DNA from: Camelus ferus
Taxonomy: Eukaryota
Direction: 5' to 3'
NCBI RefSeq assembly: GCF_009834535.1
Contig: NC_045696.1
Location: 82,028,001 to 82,092,000 of the forward strand
DNA length: 64,000 nt
Both the position numbers and the translations under genes were made by a program. The notes under the pieces are model-generated. The model was not told where the DNA came from. It did not search any database and saw only the letters and a program-made list of their open reading frames with translations. Of this stretch, positions 37,801 to 49,800 are shown piece after piece. Numbering within the stretch: the stretch's first letter is position 1; each line of letters starts with the position of its first letter.

Positions 37801-40800
37801 AAGCTCTCTAGAGCACAGTCTGTCTTGTGGGCTTTCATGGAGAAAACATCTTACATTGTCTTTAATAGCATCTTTAATGTGAGCATAGTCAAAGTAATTT
37901 GTAGAAGTGCTCTTTGGGGTCCAGTTTGATGTGTACAGGTATGTGGCTCTGTGATGATCTGACTTTATTCAAGGATAGACTTTGAGGAACTAGAAGGATG
38001 GATTGATCTTTAGGAACTTCTGTATTAATGGTTTTTCTTGCTGTGCTTTAGAAATGGCCTTGACTGAGGCTGGCAGTGGTGGGTCATGCTAATACTTTGA
38101 ATATTCCAGTGGTAACTTTCTTTGAGTTCAAGGCTTTAGTTTTGAAAAATCTGTGCTCCGCTTTGTTAACTTTTAAATAGATACTTAAAGTTTTCAAAAC
38201 AATTTGTTTGTAATTGAGAAATAACAAGTTGAAGTTTTATTTTAATACTCTTTAACTGACAAAAGTCAATATAACTGTTGATTTTTCCTTACTGTTAAAG
38301 TTTATAACATATTGTCAAAAAAGAGAAATTTGGAATATCTTACCCTTATTTACTATTTTAAATGCTTCATCTCTTCTTCCTACCATGAAAAAACAAAAAA
38401 TCTAACTTTCAGGAAGATATCCTAAGACTAAAAGTATGTTGTAGAAAAGTATGAAATCTTACCAAGGGTATCTGGGGAATGCCTTTAGAATTGAGGAGAA
38501 AACAACCTTTTAGATTTAAAAGCTAGAAATTGAGTTCTACCACCAGCAATGTGACATTAACTCGTAATTTTCTCATCTGCAAACAAGGGATGCTACGATA
38601 ATTCACACATGATTTGTTACATACAAATTAAATAATTGATGTGAGATTATTTGGTACATAAAAATGAAATTAAAAAAAAATTTCATGTGAAATCTAGACT
38701 TTTACAAAAGCCAGAATGTTTCCACAAATTGATCATAGGAAAAGTTCAGATGAAATTAAGGTTGGACATTGAATGTGATAATGTTCTTTATCTTAGAAAA
38801 GATAGATTCTTTTCAAAAGTGAAGCTCTGTCAAGGAAATCTGAACCTGTGTTGTTTCTATTAACAGGTAAATTAACTGTGTATATATACTTTAGGAGTAT
38901 AGTTTACATGCTTGAAATTTATTATAAATATTGAAGCCAAGATGACCATATATAGTAAAGTCATATTCTAAAATGTATCTATTCATATAATATGTAGTGT
39001 ATAATATACACACATACATTTTCTTTCAGAATTCCAGAAAACAAAAGGAAAATTAGAAAAAACTATATTATTCTGGAGAAATGGACTGCTGCAGGTTTAA
39101 GGGTTCATTGTGTCAAATCTTCATTTGCTGTGAATATGCTTTGAAGGAAAATTTTTAAGTTACTCAGATTATAATTCAGCCTTTGCTTATCATTATTATG
39201 TGGTCCACTTTATACATTATTTTTGGGAGATGTTAAATTTTATACTGTTTTTTTTTAGGTGGGGGTGGGTATAGCTCAGTGGAAGAATGCATGCCTAGCA
39301 TGCAGGAGGTCCTGGTTCCATCCTCAGTACTTCCATTAAAAACAAATTATGCTGTTTTTCTCATGCTTTCTGTGAGATGATAATATGCCTCTGCTAGACA
39401 TTTGTTGAGATTTTTTGGTTAAACGTGAACAGACTTTAATGTTAGCCTGAAAAACTGTGAATAGAATGAAATACTTAACAGCAGCAACAAAAGCCATGTA
39501 ACACATATTTCAGAATCAGATATAGGAGAACACCTCAGTCTTGTGTGGTTTCTGTTATGTCTGCCACCAGAACTGCAGGGAGTACAGACATGAATGTCAG
39601 AGATGAGGGCCTGCCAGCTAGAGTCCCAGTATTCCACAAGCGCAGACAGTAGTAATTCTAAAACAAACTAGAGGTTTGTCAGTGGTATAGGTTAGTATGA
39701 TCCAAGTTCTGTGGGAAAAGCATAGAGTGGAGGAGAAATTATTTCTAACCAGGGGCTTTGGGGAGGTTTCTTCAGGAGAATAGAATTTTTACTGGTCTTG
39801 AGCAATGTGTTGGGCTTAGGAGACAGTGTTGAAGAAGGTATGGCATTTTAGGCAAGAGGAATTGGAGCAAGGGCTCTAAATGAAAGAAGCGCAGGCATGT
39901 TTGGAAAAGGGTGAGCAGGACAGTCTGGCTAGAATATGAGGATTGTGGACTAGAGTAGTGGAAAAGGGAGCTTGTTGCAGTTTGGGCCTTGGGTATGGAA
40001 GGCTTTGAGTGGCAAGCTGAGAAATCTAGATTTTAGCATATTTTATTTTTGCATTAAATCTCAATAATACAGCAGTAGTTAGTCCATTTATACTGCCATG
40101 AAATATTTGACAAAAATCAGAGAAGATGCTCCATATGGCTTCACTTAGAAAATTCTTTCAGTAGCTTAGAATAGAACTGATTAAAACCTCCACTGCCCTG
40201 AAGTAAACATTTGTTTAGCATCTGCTGTTGGCTGAACACTCCATTGGCACTTAAGAGAAAGTATAGAGCATCAGTTAATGATACGATTGTAGAGACAGAA
40301 CACACATGGAACTGAAGAACATTCATAAAGTAGCAATATACTTGTCACTTTAGAATCTCTTTTACTTCAGTTTCCCTCCCAAGGCCAGTGCTAGCATAAA
40401 TGTATTTGGTGCATTCATTCCAGAGAGGCTAAAGGTTAGGCAGCTACTGGAGAGGCATTTTTGAAAATGTTATAAACCTCAGGTGAGAGTAATTGGGATG
40501 ATCCTTTCCACCATCCAGACTGACAGTGTATTTAGAATAGCCCTGATGTGGACAGGAGCCATCACGTGAACCGTTTCCAAGGCCGTGCACAGTTTTTTAG
40601 TTCAGACCTAGTTCTCAAACGCAAATGTTTCATAACCACCACAACAAAATCTCATTAACTTTTTAAAGTTAGTTAATGGGAAATGCTTTTCTTAATTATC
40701 ACAGTGGGGTAGGTGATTTCGTGAATTAGTTTTCTTACTCAGGAGATTAGTGTTCCCTTACAATATCTGTAGAGCTGGTAACTTTTAAAAAAAAATCTAT

Positions 40801-43800
40801 CTCGTCGTTATTAAGGCAGCAATATTGTATCCACACTCTCCTAATTGTGTGTAGTAATTTCTCACAAGTTCATGAGGTACTTGTAACCTAAAAATGTTTC
40901 ACAGTCCTGGCATGGAGAACTCAGTGAAGGTGCGGGAAGTGCTCTTTCTTCCCTCCACACCCTGGGCTCTCCCGCCTCTGTGGCTTTGCTCAGGTTTTCC
41001 CCTTTGCCTGGGATGCTCTTCCTCTTTCTCCTTCTTAGCTTTCTCTGACCTGGTAACTTCAAAGTGCAGTATGTTGCAGAGTAATTTCCTCATATTCATA
41101 GTTTATTTGTTTTTATATGTATATTCTGTTTTCATTTACTTCTTAATGATTCTCTTTCCCTTAACGTCTTTTTAAAAAAATTGCCACAGTGTTTAAGGTA
41201 TGATTACTTAAAATAATAACTCTCCTTTCCTTCAGGATTAATTGGTTGTTTCAAGTGCTTAGACCTTTATGTATGAAGAGCATAATATAAATGTGTTGTC
41301 ATTGTTGTTATAATGGTAGTGATTACTACATCAATTAATGGCATCTATTTCATCCTTATTTTTTTTATGTGGTTCTTAGGTTCAGAATTTAACATTACGC
41401 AGCCAGAAGTTGGGTGTATTATCTAGCTCACAGAATGGTCCACCAAAAAGCACTAGTCAAACTCAGTCATTGACAATTTGTCATAACAAAACAACAGTGA
41501 CCAGTTCTAAAATCAGCCAACGAGATCCTTCTCCAGAAAGTAATAAGAAAGGAGAAAGTCCAAGTCTGGAATCACGAAGCACAGCTGTCACCCGGACGTC
41601 AAGTATTCACCAGTTAATAGCACCAGGTGGGATAAAGGTTTTGTTGAAAATAGTTGTATTACTCATTTTCTTAGCAGGCAGAGCAAAACAAAAGATGTCC
41701 ATTACTTGAACAGGAATACTTTTAAAACACTTAAAAAATGAATTTTATAAATTAAAAATAAGAACATTTAATATTGTAGCTTGAAAAAAGACAAAAGAGC
41801 CTACTAGCGAAAACAAATTGTGATAGTAAAATAGATTTTTTTGGTCAGTTGACATTTAATTAACATCTTCATTATGTGCTGGTTTCCTGTTATATTGATA
41901 AAACCTTGTAGCTTTAAAAATTTTTTTGCCTGTGGTTTATTTAATATGCTTTAGTGGAACAGAATTAAAAGTTTTTTTAAAAAGCAAGTGTATATTTTTC
42001 TTTAACGTTGTTATTAGTGGGACGAATTTATCACTTTCCAAAAGTAAGGATTATGCTTATTTTCCTTACCATGTTGCTTTTTTTCCACCTTTGATTTCAT
42101 TTCTGAGAGGACGCTGTCAGGGAATCAGCTAAGTTGTTCTCATTCTCATCAACCTTTGAATCCCTCTGCCATTTACAAATAATCTTGCTTCCTAGGGGTC
42201 TCATGCTGAAAATACTGGGGCTGTGCAGAATGAGTTTCCTTACCATCTCTTCTGTTCATCTCAGAATTTCTCAGTGTTGAGCTTCCTTCACTTCTAAAAA
42301 AAATAAGGAATTACCTGCTTTCTTCTTTAAAGTTAGCACTGTTTCCTTATGTCACTGACTGCATCTTTTTTCCTGGCTCCTGATGTTCTCTCATAGTTAC
42401 TGTAGCATCTTGACCTTCTTTCATAGTTGTTAATAGCATCTTTTGTTTCCCTCATGTTGGATCCTTTTCTTTGCTTCTCAAGCATGCTTAGACCACTCCT
42501 GTTTTTTAATATATCTACATACATTTTTATATCAGTATAACTACTGTTTATTGAGAGTGTGTGTGTGTGTGTCGTGTAATGAGCTAGATACCTCACATGT
42601 TACATTAAAAAAAAACAAACTTCCTTTGTTCCAACCTCATCAGGTAAGCATCTTCTTTCTATCCTTATATAATTATGTATTACTTTTTAAAGATTCATTT
42701 TACACTACTGAAGTTTGTTTATTCTCGATCTAAACCTGTTTCTCTTTTCATATTTCCTCTCTGCTAATATTGCCAACATTCTCTGTATCGCCCAACACTT
42801 GTGTTAGCATTTTTATGCTTCTTTATGGTATTGTTTCTTTTATAATTATTTATATACTTACTGATCATAGCTTTTCTACTAGGCAGTAACTAAACTCTTT
42901 GAGGGTAGGATAGTAGTATGTAGCACTTACATGTCAGGGACTTTACATTGATTAAATCTTTTAATTCTTTTTCATACTCACTTTTTCACCCTTTTATCTT
43001 GACAACACCAAGTTGTGCCTTATGTGTACTTACATCTATAATAGGTAGACAGTAAGTATTTGTTGGATTAATAGTTGATTTTTTTCCATTTGAATTTTGG
43101 AAGTTATAGCACAATTTTTTTCCATTTGTACTGATTATCACTGCTTAGAATTCTTAAATCTGAATCTTAGCTAAGTGTAAGCTTTGTTACAAATTAATAA
43201 ATTAATTCAGAATATGGTTAGATGTGAATGCTTTTTTATAAATATTTGTGTGCCAGGTCCTGCTAGCTGTATGGCTTGTTAACAGGATTTTTGTACTGTA
43301 TTGTCCAGAGCATTCTTAGCCTCAAACCAGCCTCTGGTCAGTGTTGATAGGAGGAGTCACTGTGGAGGAGCAGTGACCCACTGTTCTTGGAATGACTGCT
43401 CAGGGGACAATTTCTAGTGATTTCTATAGTTTTAACAAATTATGATGGCGGATAGGTAGATTTCCTTCCAAAGAGAAAAGGTAGGAACTCTTTCAGGGTT
43501 ATTCAAGCAAGGAGATCTACTTTTAGACTTTGAGTCCCCCTGAACTCTCAATATTGGGTCCTAAATTGACACTTACTCTTCCCTCTTTTATTGATAGTGT
43601 GATAATATCCTTAAAGTTGCCTTCCTCTGATGGCCACTATTTTATGTAGGTATGAAGGAGAAAACCAGCAGAGTCTCAGGACAATTGGAATTCTGGATTC
43701 AGATCTTAATGTGTATTAACCAAACTCCAGTTTTCTGTGGTGGTGTTGATTAGAAACAAAACCAAATGGAATACCCTAAGCCACATAAACCTTTGCAATT

Positions 43801-46800
43801 ACTGAACTTTTAAATTCATTCAGGTCTTACACTGAAGTTAGTCAAAGCAATTTATATCTTCTGGCAGGGCAGCAGTTATATTTTTCCAGAAAACAAGGAG
43901 TTTTTCTTCTCTTGTTGGTGGGAAGTTAGCCTAAAGTTAAGATATTTTTTTTTTGAGATTCTTGAATTGGTAATTTGGTCTTTTCTTTGATTATAAAAAT
44001 GCTTGCTTCTACAGGTTACTTTCAAACTAAAAAAAAATATCTACTTGTGTTCTAATGTAGTACAGTCTAATAATTATTATAATGGACATGATTATTATTT
44101 CCTTAGGTGTATTTCTAAGGTGCTAAAATCATTTTGGTTTTCTTCATCATTTCTTCTTGGTGGAATTCTCACATGGTATTTAATAATTCTGTTTTTAATA
44201 TTTAAAATAAAGCCAGACGTTAACCAAATGTCTGGAAGTTATGAATTACATTAGAGCTCGAGTTTTCTTATAGCAGTTTTTAGAGCTTTTATGAAATTAA
44301 TCTCATTGAAAAAGCATGTACCATTTTTTGCAGACGTTAACTCAATATAGAGTGAGAAGCTGATTAGTCTGCTTAGGCTGCCATAAAAAATGCCATATTC
44401 TGAGTAGCTTTGACAACAAAAACTACATTTTCTCACAGTTCTGGAGGATGGAAAGCCCAGGATCAAGAACTGACAGTATTTGATTTTTGGTGAGAGCTCT
44501 CTCTTCCTGGCTTGCAGATGGCTGCCTTCTTGCTGTGTCCTTACATGGTCTTACATCTGAATGCAAGGAGAAGAGAGGATAGTGAGCTCTTTGGTGTCTC
44601 TTCTCATAAGGTCACTAATCCTGCTGGGTCAAGGCCTCACCCTTCTGACCTCGGTTTACCTTAATTACTTCCATGGAGGCCCCATTAGCAAATATAGTCA
44701 CATTAAGGGTTAGGGCTTCAACATATGAATCTGGGGACATAAACGTTCAGACCTCAATAGGAACCCAGAGGTGGCTAGGGTTATGTGTTCTTTTACACCT
44801 AGCACTACCTCTCAATAACCAGGTGATTTCAGACAAGTCACTTAAATACTCTTTAAGTTTCTTCACCTGAAATATACTGGATTAGTATAGTATCCTGTCT
44901 ACCTCATAGGGTTGTAGTAACTACTACAATGAAATAATATAATTATTTACAATAATATATTTAATTATTGACAATAATTAAATAAAAACTACTACATATA
45001 CGAGAGATGATGCCAATCATTAATTCTCCAGTTAAAAGGCCACCCTGACAATGAAATGTTTGTTAAAATCAGAGAAATTAACTGACATCATATGATTCTC
45101 CAAAGCACTAGGGCTTTTCTTATACAGGAGTATTGTTTCAGATGTCCTCACAATTATTCTGTAGTGTATGTGCTTGTCAGTGGGACTTCTGGACTAATAT
45201 AAAACAGATAGATTCATTTTAATTTCTCAACAAAAATTTTATTTAGGTGAAAGGATAGACTTACTTTATTGGATTACCAGCTCTAGAATGTAAGCAAAGA
45301 TTGCTTACTTGCTGCAGCACAGAAAGTCTTTTTATTCCCGTGAATATAATCTCCAGTGTACTTCAAGAATATGGTTGAATTTTAATTATAACTTAAAGAT
45401 TGAATTAAAGTGGGCCTTTGCTGTTATGCTTGCAAAACCTCTATTTCCTTATCTGTAGAAGGGGAATAATACTACCTACTCCATAGGCATTTTGTGAGTG
45501 CAAAGGAGAGAGATGTGAAGGCATCTTAAGCTTAGCCCCTTGGTGGAAAGGTACTCTATAGAAATGCAAGATTTTATTGAATACTCTGTAATATAGAGTC
45601 TTTATCAACACATTTATAACGTGCTGATGTAAAATTTTCACTTTTAGTTTAAAGTGCTAGTCTAGTTATATGAAAATTATTTTGTTAGCTGAAATTTTAG
45701 GTCCGATTTCCTTTTTTTTGGTGGATATTTGAACCTTTAAATGCCACTTTCTTAAGATGTTATTTAATCAGATGCTAATTTCCTTAAAGTATCTCTGGAA
45801 TTCTAAATAATAACCAACCAAACACAAAAAGGTTAAAAAAGAGTTGTTAGAAGTTTTGATAAGGTCTTTGTCACAAATGTAGTTGAATATAAAAATAGAT
45901 ACAAGGCGTTACAGTCTTTATCTTAATTTTTTGAGATTAAGGAAAAAAATTGGCCTGTCCTGAGATCTGTTTTAAATGTGGTAATTGTTACATGATATGA
46001 ATATTAAGCAATCTTTCCAGTTTATCTTCTAGTGAACCCAGTTTCCATTCTTACTTAGGATTTCTCCAGCATTCCCTCTGTGTAATCATATGCAGTATGT
46101 AGAAGAGGCATAATGATGGCGAAACTGCTTGTTACTGATTTTGCTAATTCTTATATTTATTTTTTCCTATTGAGTGGCTCCCCTATGGAGAAAACTGATA
46201 CTATCACTTAGAGATTACTGTAGGGTTTTGTGGGCGGGGGAATGTGGTGGGGCAGGGGTGGGAGGCCAAGTAAAACAAGATCCTTTATTTAGACAGCATG
46301 GACTTCTGATTGCCTCATTCTCTCTGCAAACGAAACTAGTGCTCTCCTAGATTTGGAATGGCCATTGAAATTTCATTTTGTAGTTACTGTGATTATTTAA
46401 CCGTGCTGTAGGATTCACACATGTATTTTGCTTAACTGAATTAACTTTTATACAAAACATTTTCTCTTCTGGGTCAAATAATACCAACTGTTTATCTTGG
46501 TTCAAATTTGGAAACTTATTTGGGAAGCTTTATAAGTAATTACTTTTACTGTTAGTTGGAAGATTTTTTAGACATGAATTAGAAAGGATGGGACCTTTGT
46601 TTTATGATTTTGAAGTTATCTTTATGTGTATTATACTTGTTCAGTTGTATTCCTCTTCTTCCCAGAGAAGGAATTCAAGTGGATAAACTTTGTTAAAAGT
46701 TAATGGAAATATTCTGGTGACCTATAAAATTTAGTAAGAATAAATCATGTATGAATCAATTGAGGCAAATTTCTTTTGGAACTTATCACAGTATTTTATG

Positions 46801-49800
46801 AAATTATGTAGTTTTCCAAGGAAAAGTTGTTTGTCGTTACATTTTCAAGTCACTCTTGTTGGGAAGACTTGTAATTGGTTTCTGATGATTATGACCTTCT
46901 GATGTGAAATCTTTCCTCCTTTAGATTTATTTTAAAATTTATATGATGGTATTTTTGAAATAAATACTAATTGTCGTTTTTTTCTCTCACAGCTTCATAT
47001 CCTCCAATTCAGCCTCATCCTCTAATAAAACATCAGCAGATTCCTCTTCATTCACCACCTCCCAAAGTTTCCCATCATCAGCTGATACTACAGCAGCAGC
47101 AACAGCAAATTCAGCCAATCACACTTCAGAATCCAACTCAAGACCCACCCCCATCTCAGCACTGTATACCACTCCAAAACCATGGCCTTCCTCCAGCTCC
47201 CAGCAGTGCCCAGTCACAGCACTGCTCACCAATTCAGAGTCATCCCCCTCCCTTAACAATGTCTCCCAGCCAGTCACAGTCAGCACAGCAGTCTGTAGTG
47301 GTGTCTCCCCCACCACCCCATTCACCAAGTCAGTCTCCTACTATAATTATTCACCCACAAGCACTTATTCAGCCACATCCTCTTGTGTCATCAGCTCTCC
47401 AGCCAGGGTCAAACTTGCAGCAGCCACCTGCTAATCAGGTGCAACCTACAGCACAGCTGAATCTTCCGTCCCATCTTCCACTTCCAGCTTCCCCTGTTGT
47501 ACACATTGGCCCAGTTCAGCAGTCTGCCTTGGTGTCCCCAGGTCAGCAGATTGTTTCTCCAACATCACACCAGCAGTATTCAACCCTGCAGTCTTCTCCA
47601 ATCCCGATTGCAACCCCTCCACAGATGTCGACATCTCCTCCTGCTCAGATTCCATCACTGCCCTTGCAGTCTATGCAGTCTTTACAAGTGCAGCCTGAAA
47701 TTCTATCCCAGGGCCAGGTTTTGGTGCAGAATGCTTTGGTGTCAGAAGAGGAGCTTCCAGCTGCAGAAGCTTTGGTCCAGTTGCCATTTCAGACTCTTCC
47801 TCCTCCACAGACTGTTGCGGTAAACCTACAAGTACAACCACCAGCACCTGTTGATCCACCAGTGGTAAGCCCTTGGAAGCTCTTTGACTTTCTTGCTGAA
47901 CTGAAAGTAAAAATGATTTTCTCCCACATTATGTTTTATTGCTAGATCTAAATGCCTATGAATTTAAAAAGCTTGGAATTTCCATCTGTCAGTGTCTGAC
48001 AAACATGCTGTATGGGCACGCACACAAAAAAATGCCGTTTGTTGTAGTATGGTTGCATGCTTGATAATTTGTGATGGTTATTAAAAGTCCCTCGTTAATT
48101 TTATTACTATTTAAACAAATCCATCTGCTATCTTTACAGAGTTGATTTTTTTTCCCCAAGGGAATGCATTTGAACCAGTGTCATCTGCACAAAGTTTTTT
48201 CTCTTAAGGTGATTATCCTTCATAGATCCCTTCTGTTGGCTTGTATGTTCTTAAACGTATGGTTTATCTAGCTAACCTTTTTGGTTGTGTGCATTCTGAA
48301 CTTCTAGGCTTTTAAGGGCTTTGTTTCACAGTGGAGGTATGCTTGTATGATGTCATTTTCCAGTAAAATTATATTTTGTAATTAAAATTTTATAAGAAAC
48401 AGTCTAGGGAATAATTCAACTTCGCAAAAAACATTAACTGAAGGCCATCTTTTAAGATTATTAAACTGATTTTTTAATTTCTGCTAAAGGAGAACATAGA
48501 CTTAAAATATTTCTCATTTAAGAAGCTAAGAAAATCTCAGTGGATGAACTGAATACTGAGGCTGAAAAAGTCTACTGGGAGGAGTAAAAGTTTTGAATAG
48601 TTGAGATTGTGGTGAAACTTATCAAAATAAACTTCTAAAAATGGTACATATTGCCTAGAAAGCAAAATTAACCTGAAAAATTATTTTCTTTTAAACATTC
48701 TATAAATGACTTTTAAAATTTATAAAAGAATTTACAATACAAATTGAAATAAGGTCTCTGAATGTTCATTAGAATGATCAAATTCATAATTATTATGTAA
48801 CTGAGGAAAAAACAGTCTGCCCAAAGGAAGTTTTATATCAAACCCCACTAAAGAGATTTTATCACTTAAGGGCCTAATGACCATTAGCTTAGAAAGGAAA
48901 GGAGTTTCAAAGTCTGTCTATTCCTTAATGGGAAACATTTTGGTTCCAGGGATGCAGATTTACAGATTCTTTATTCTTGTCATTCTGACTGATCTTAATA
49001 GGCATGAAGAGATTGAATTCTACTTCCTACTCACTTTTATTAAAAACAGAACTTGATGAAAAACAATTCACATCTAGAAATGTTTGTATTTCAATTATGT
49101 CTATGTTTTCTTTTAATGGATTTTTGAAGAGTTTACTATGGTTATTATAAAAACACAGGATTCAAAGTGAAAAGTACCTTCATAGAAATCATATTTAATT
49201 TGATTTTATATTCTCATTTTCTAGTTCGATAAATTGGTTTTTAACAAGTAAAATCTGAAATTTCTCTATATTTTTCTAATTGTTTTTGTTAGGGCAAACC
49301 GTAGAGGAGTATGTTTGGGATAGAAATATCAAAAACATAATAACATTTAAAAAGCTAAAAATATTTCAGTTCTTGTTACTTCCTGCCTTCCTCTCAAAGT
49401 TTTTTTTTTAATTTGTTGTCTCATTTTGGGATTTTTTTTTTTTTTCCCACAAAAAAAAAACTTTCTCTGCTATCACTGATATGATCATACTTCCTATAGA
49501 TGTTCCATGTTATCTTTCTTATCTTTTACCTTTGAGGACTATAGCCTATTTATTAAATTGCTGTATTTTTCTTTTTTACCTTTAATCAAATCTGTTTTTT
49601 TAATCATCATATTTCTTCACAAATTATACATTCCTTCACAATTTCCTGGTTTCAAGTATTTAAAAGTAGAAAAATACTACTTCTTAAGAAATGTGAAATT
49701 TTCAAAAATAAATGTGAATTATCAAAGTAAAACCAGTATGTTTTTTAAAGGATGTATTTATAAAACTAAGATTTTTTAGTTGACATCTGAGTATCATAAG

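Noticed and set aside
47119..47859. Antisense and alternative-frame ORFs over exon 8
   Set aside because: By-products of CAG/CCN-rich codon usage in the PHC3 exon.
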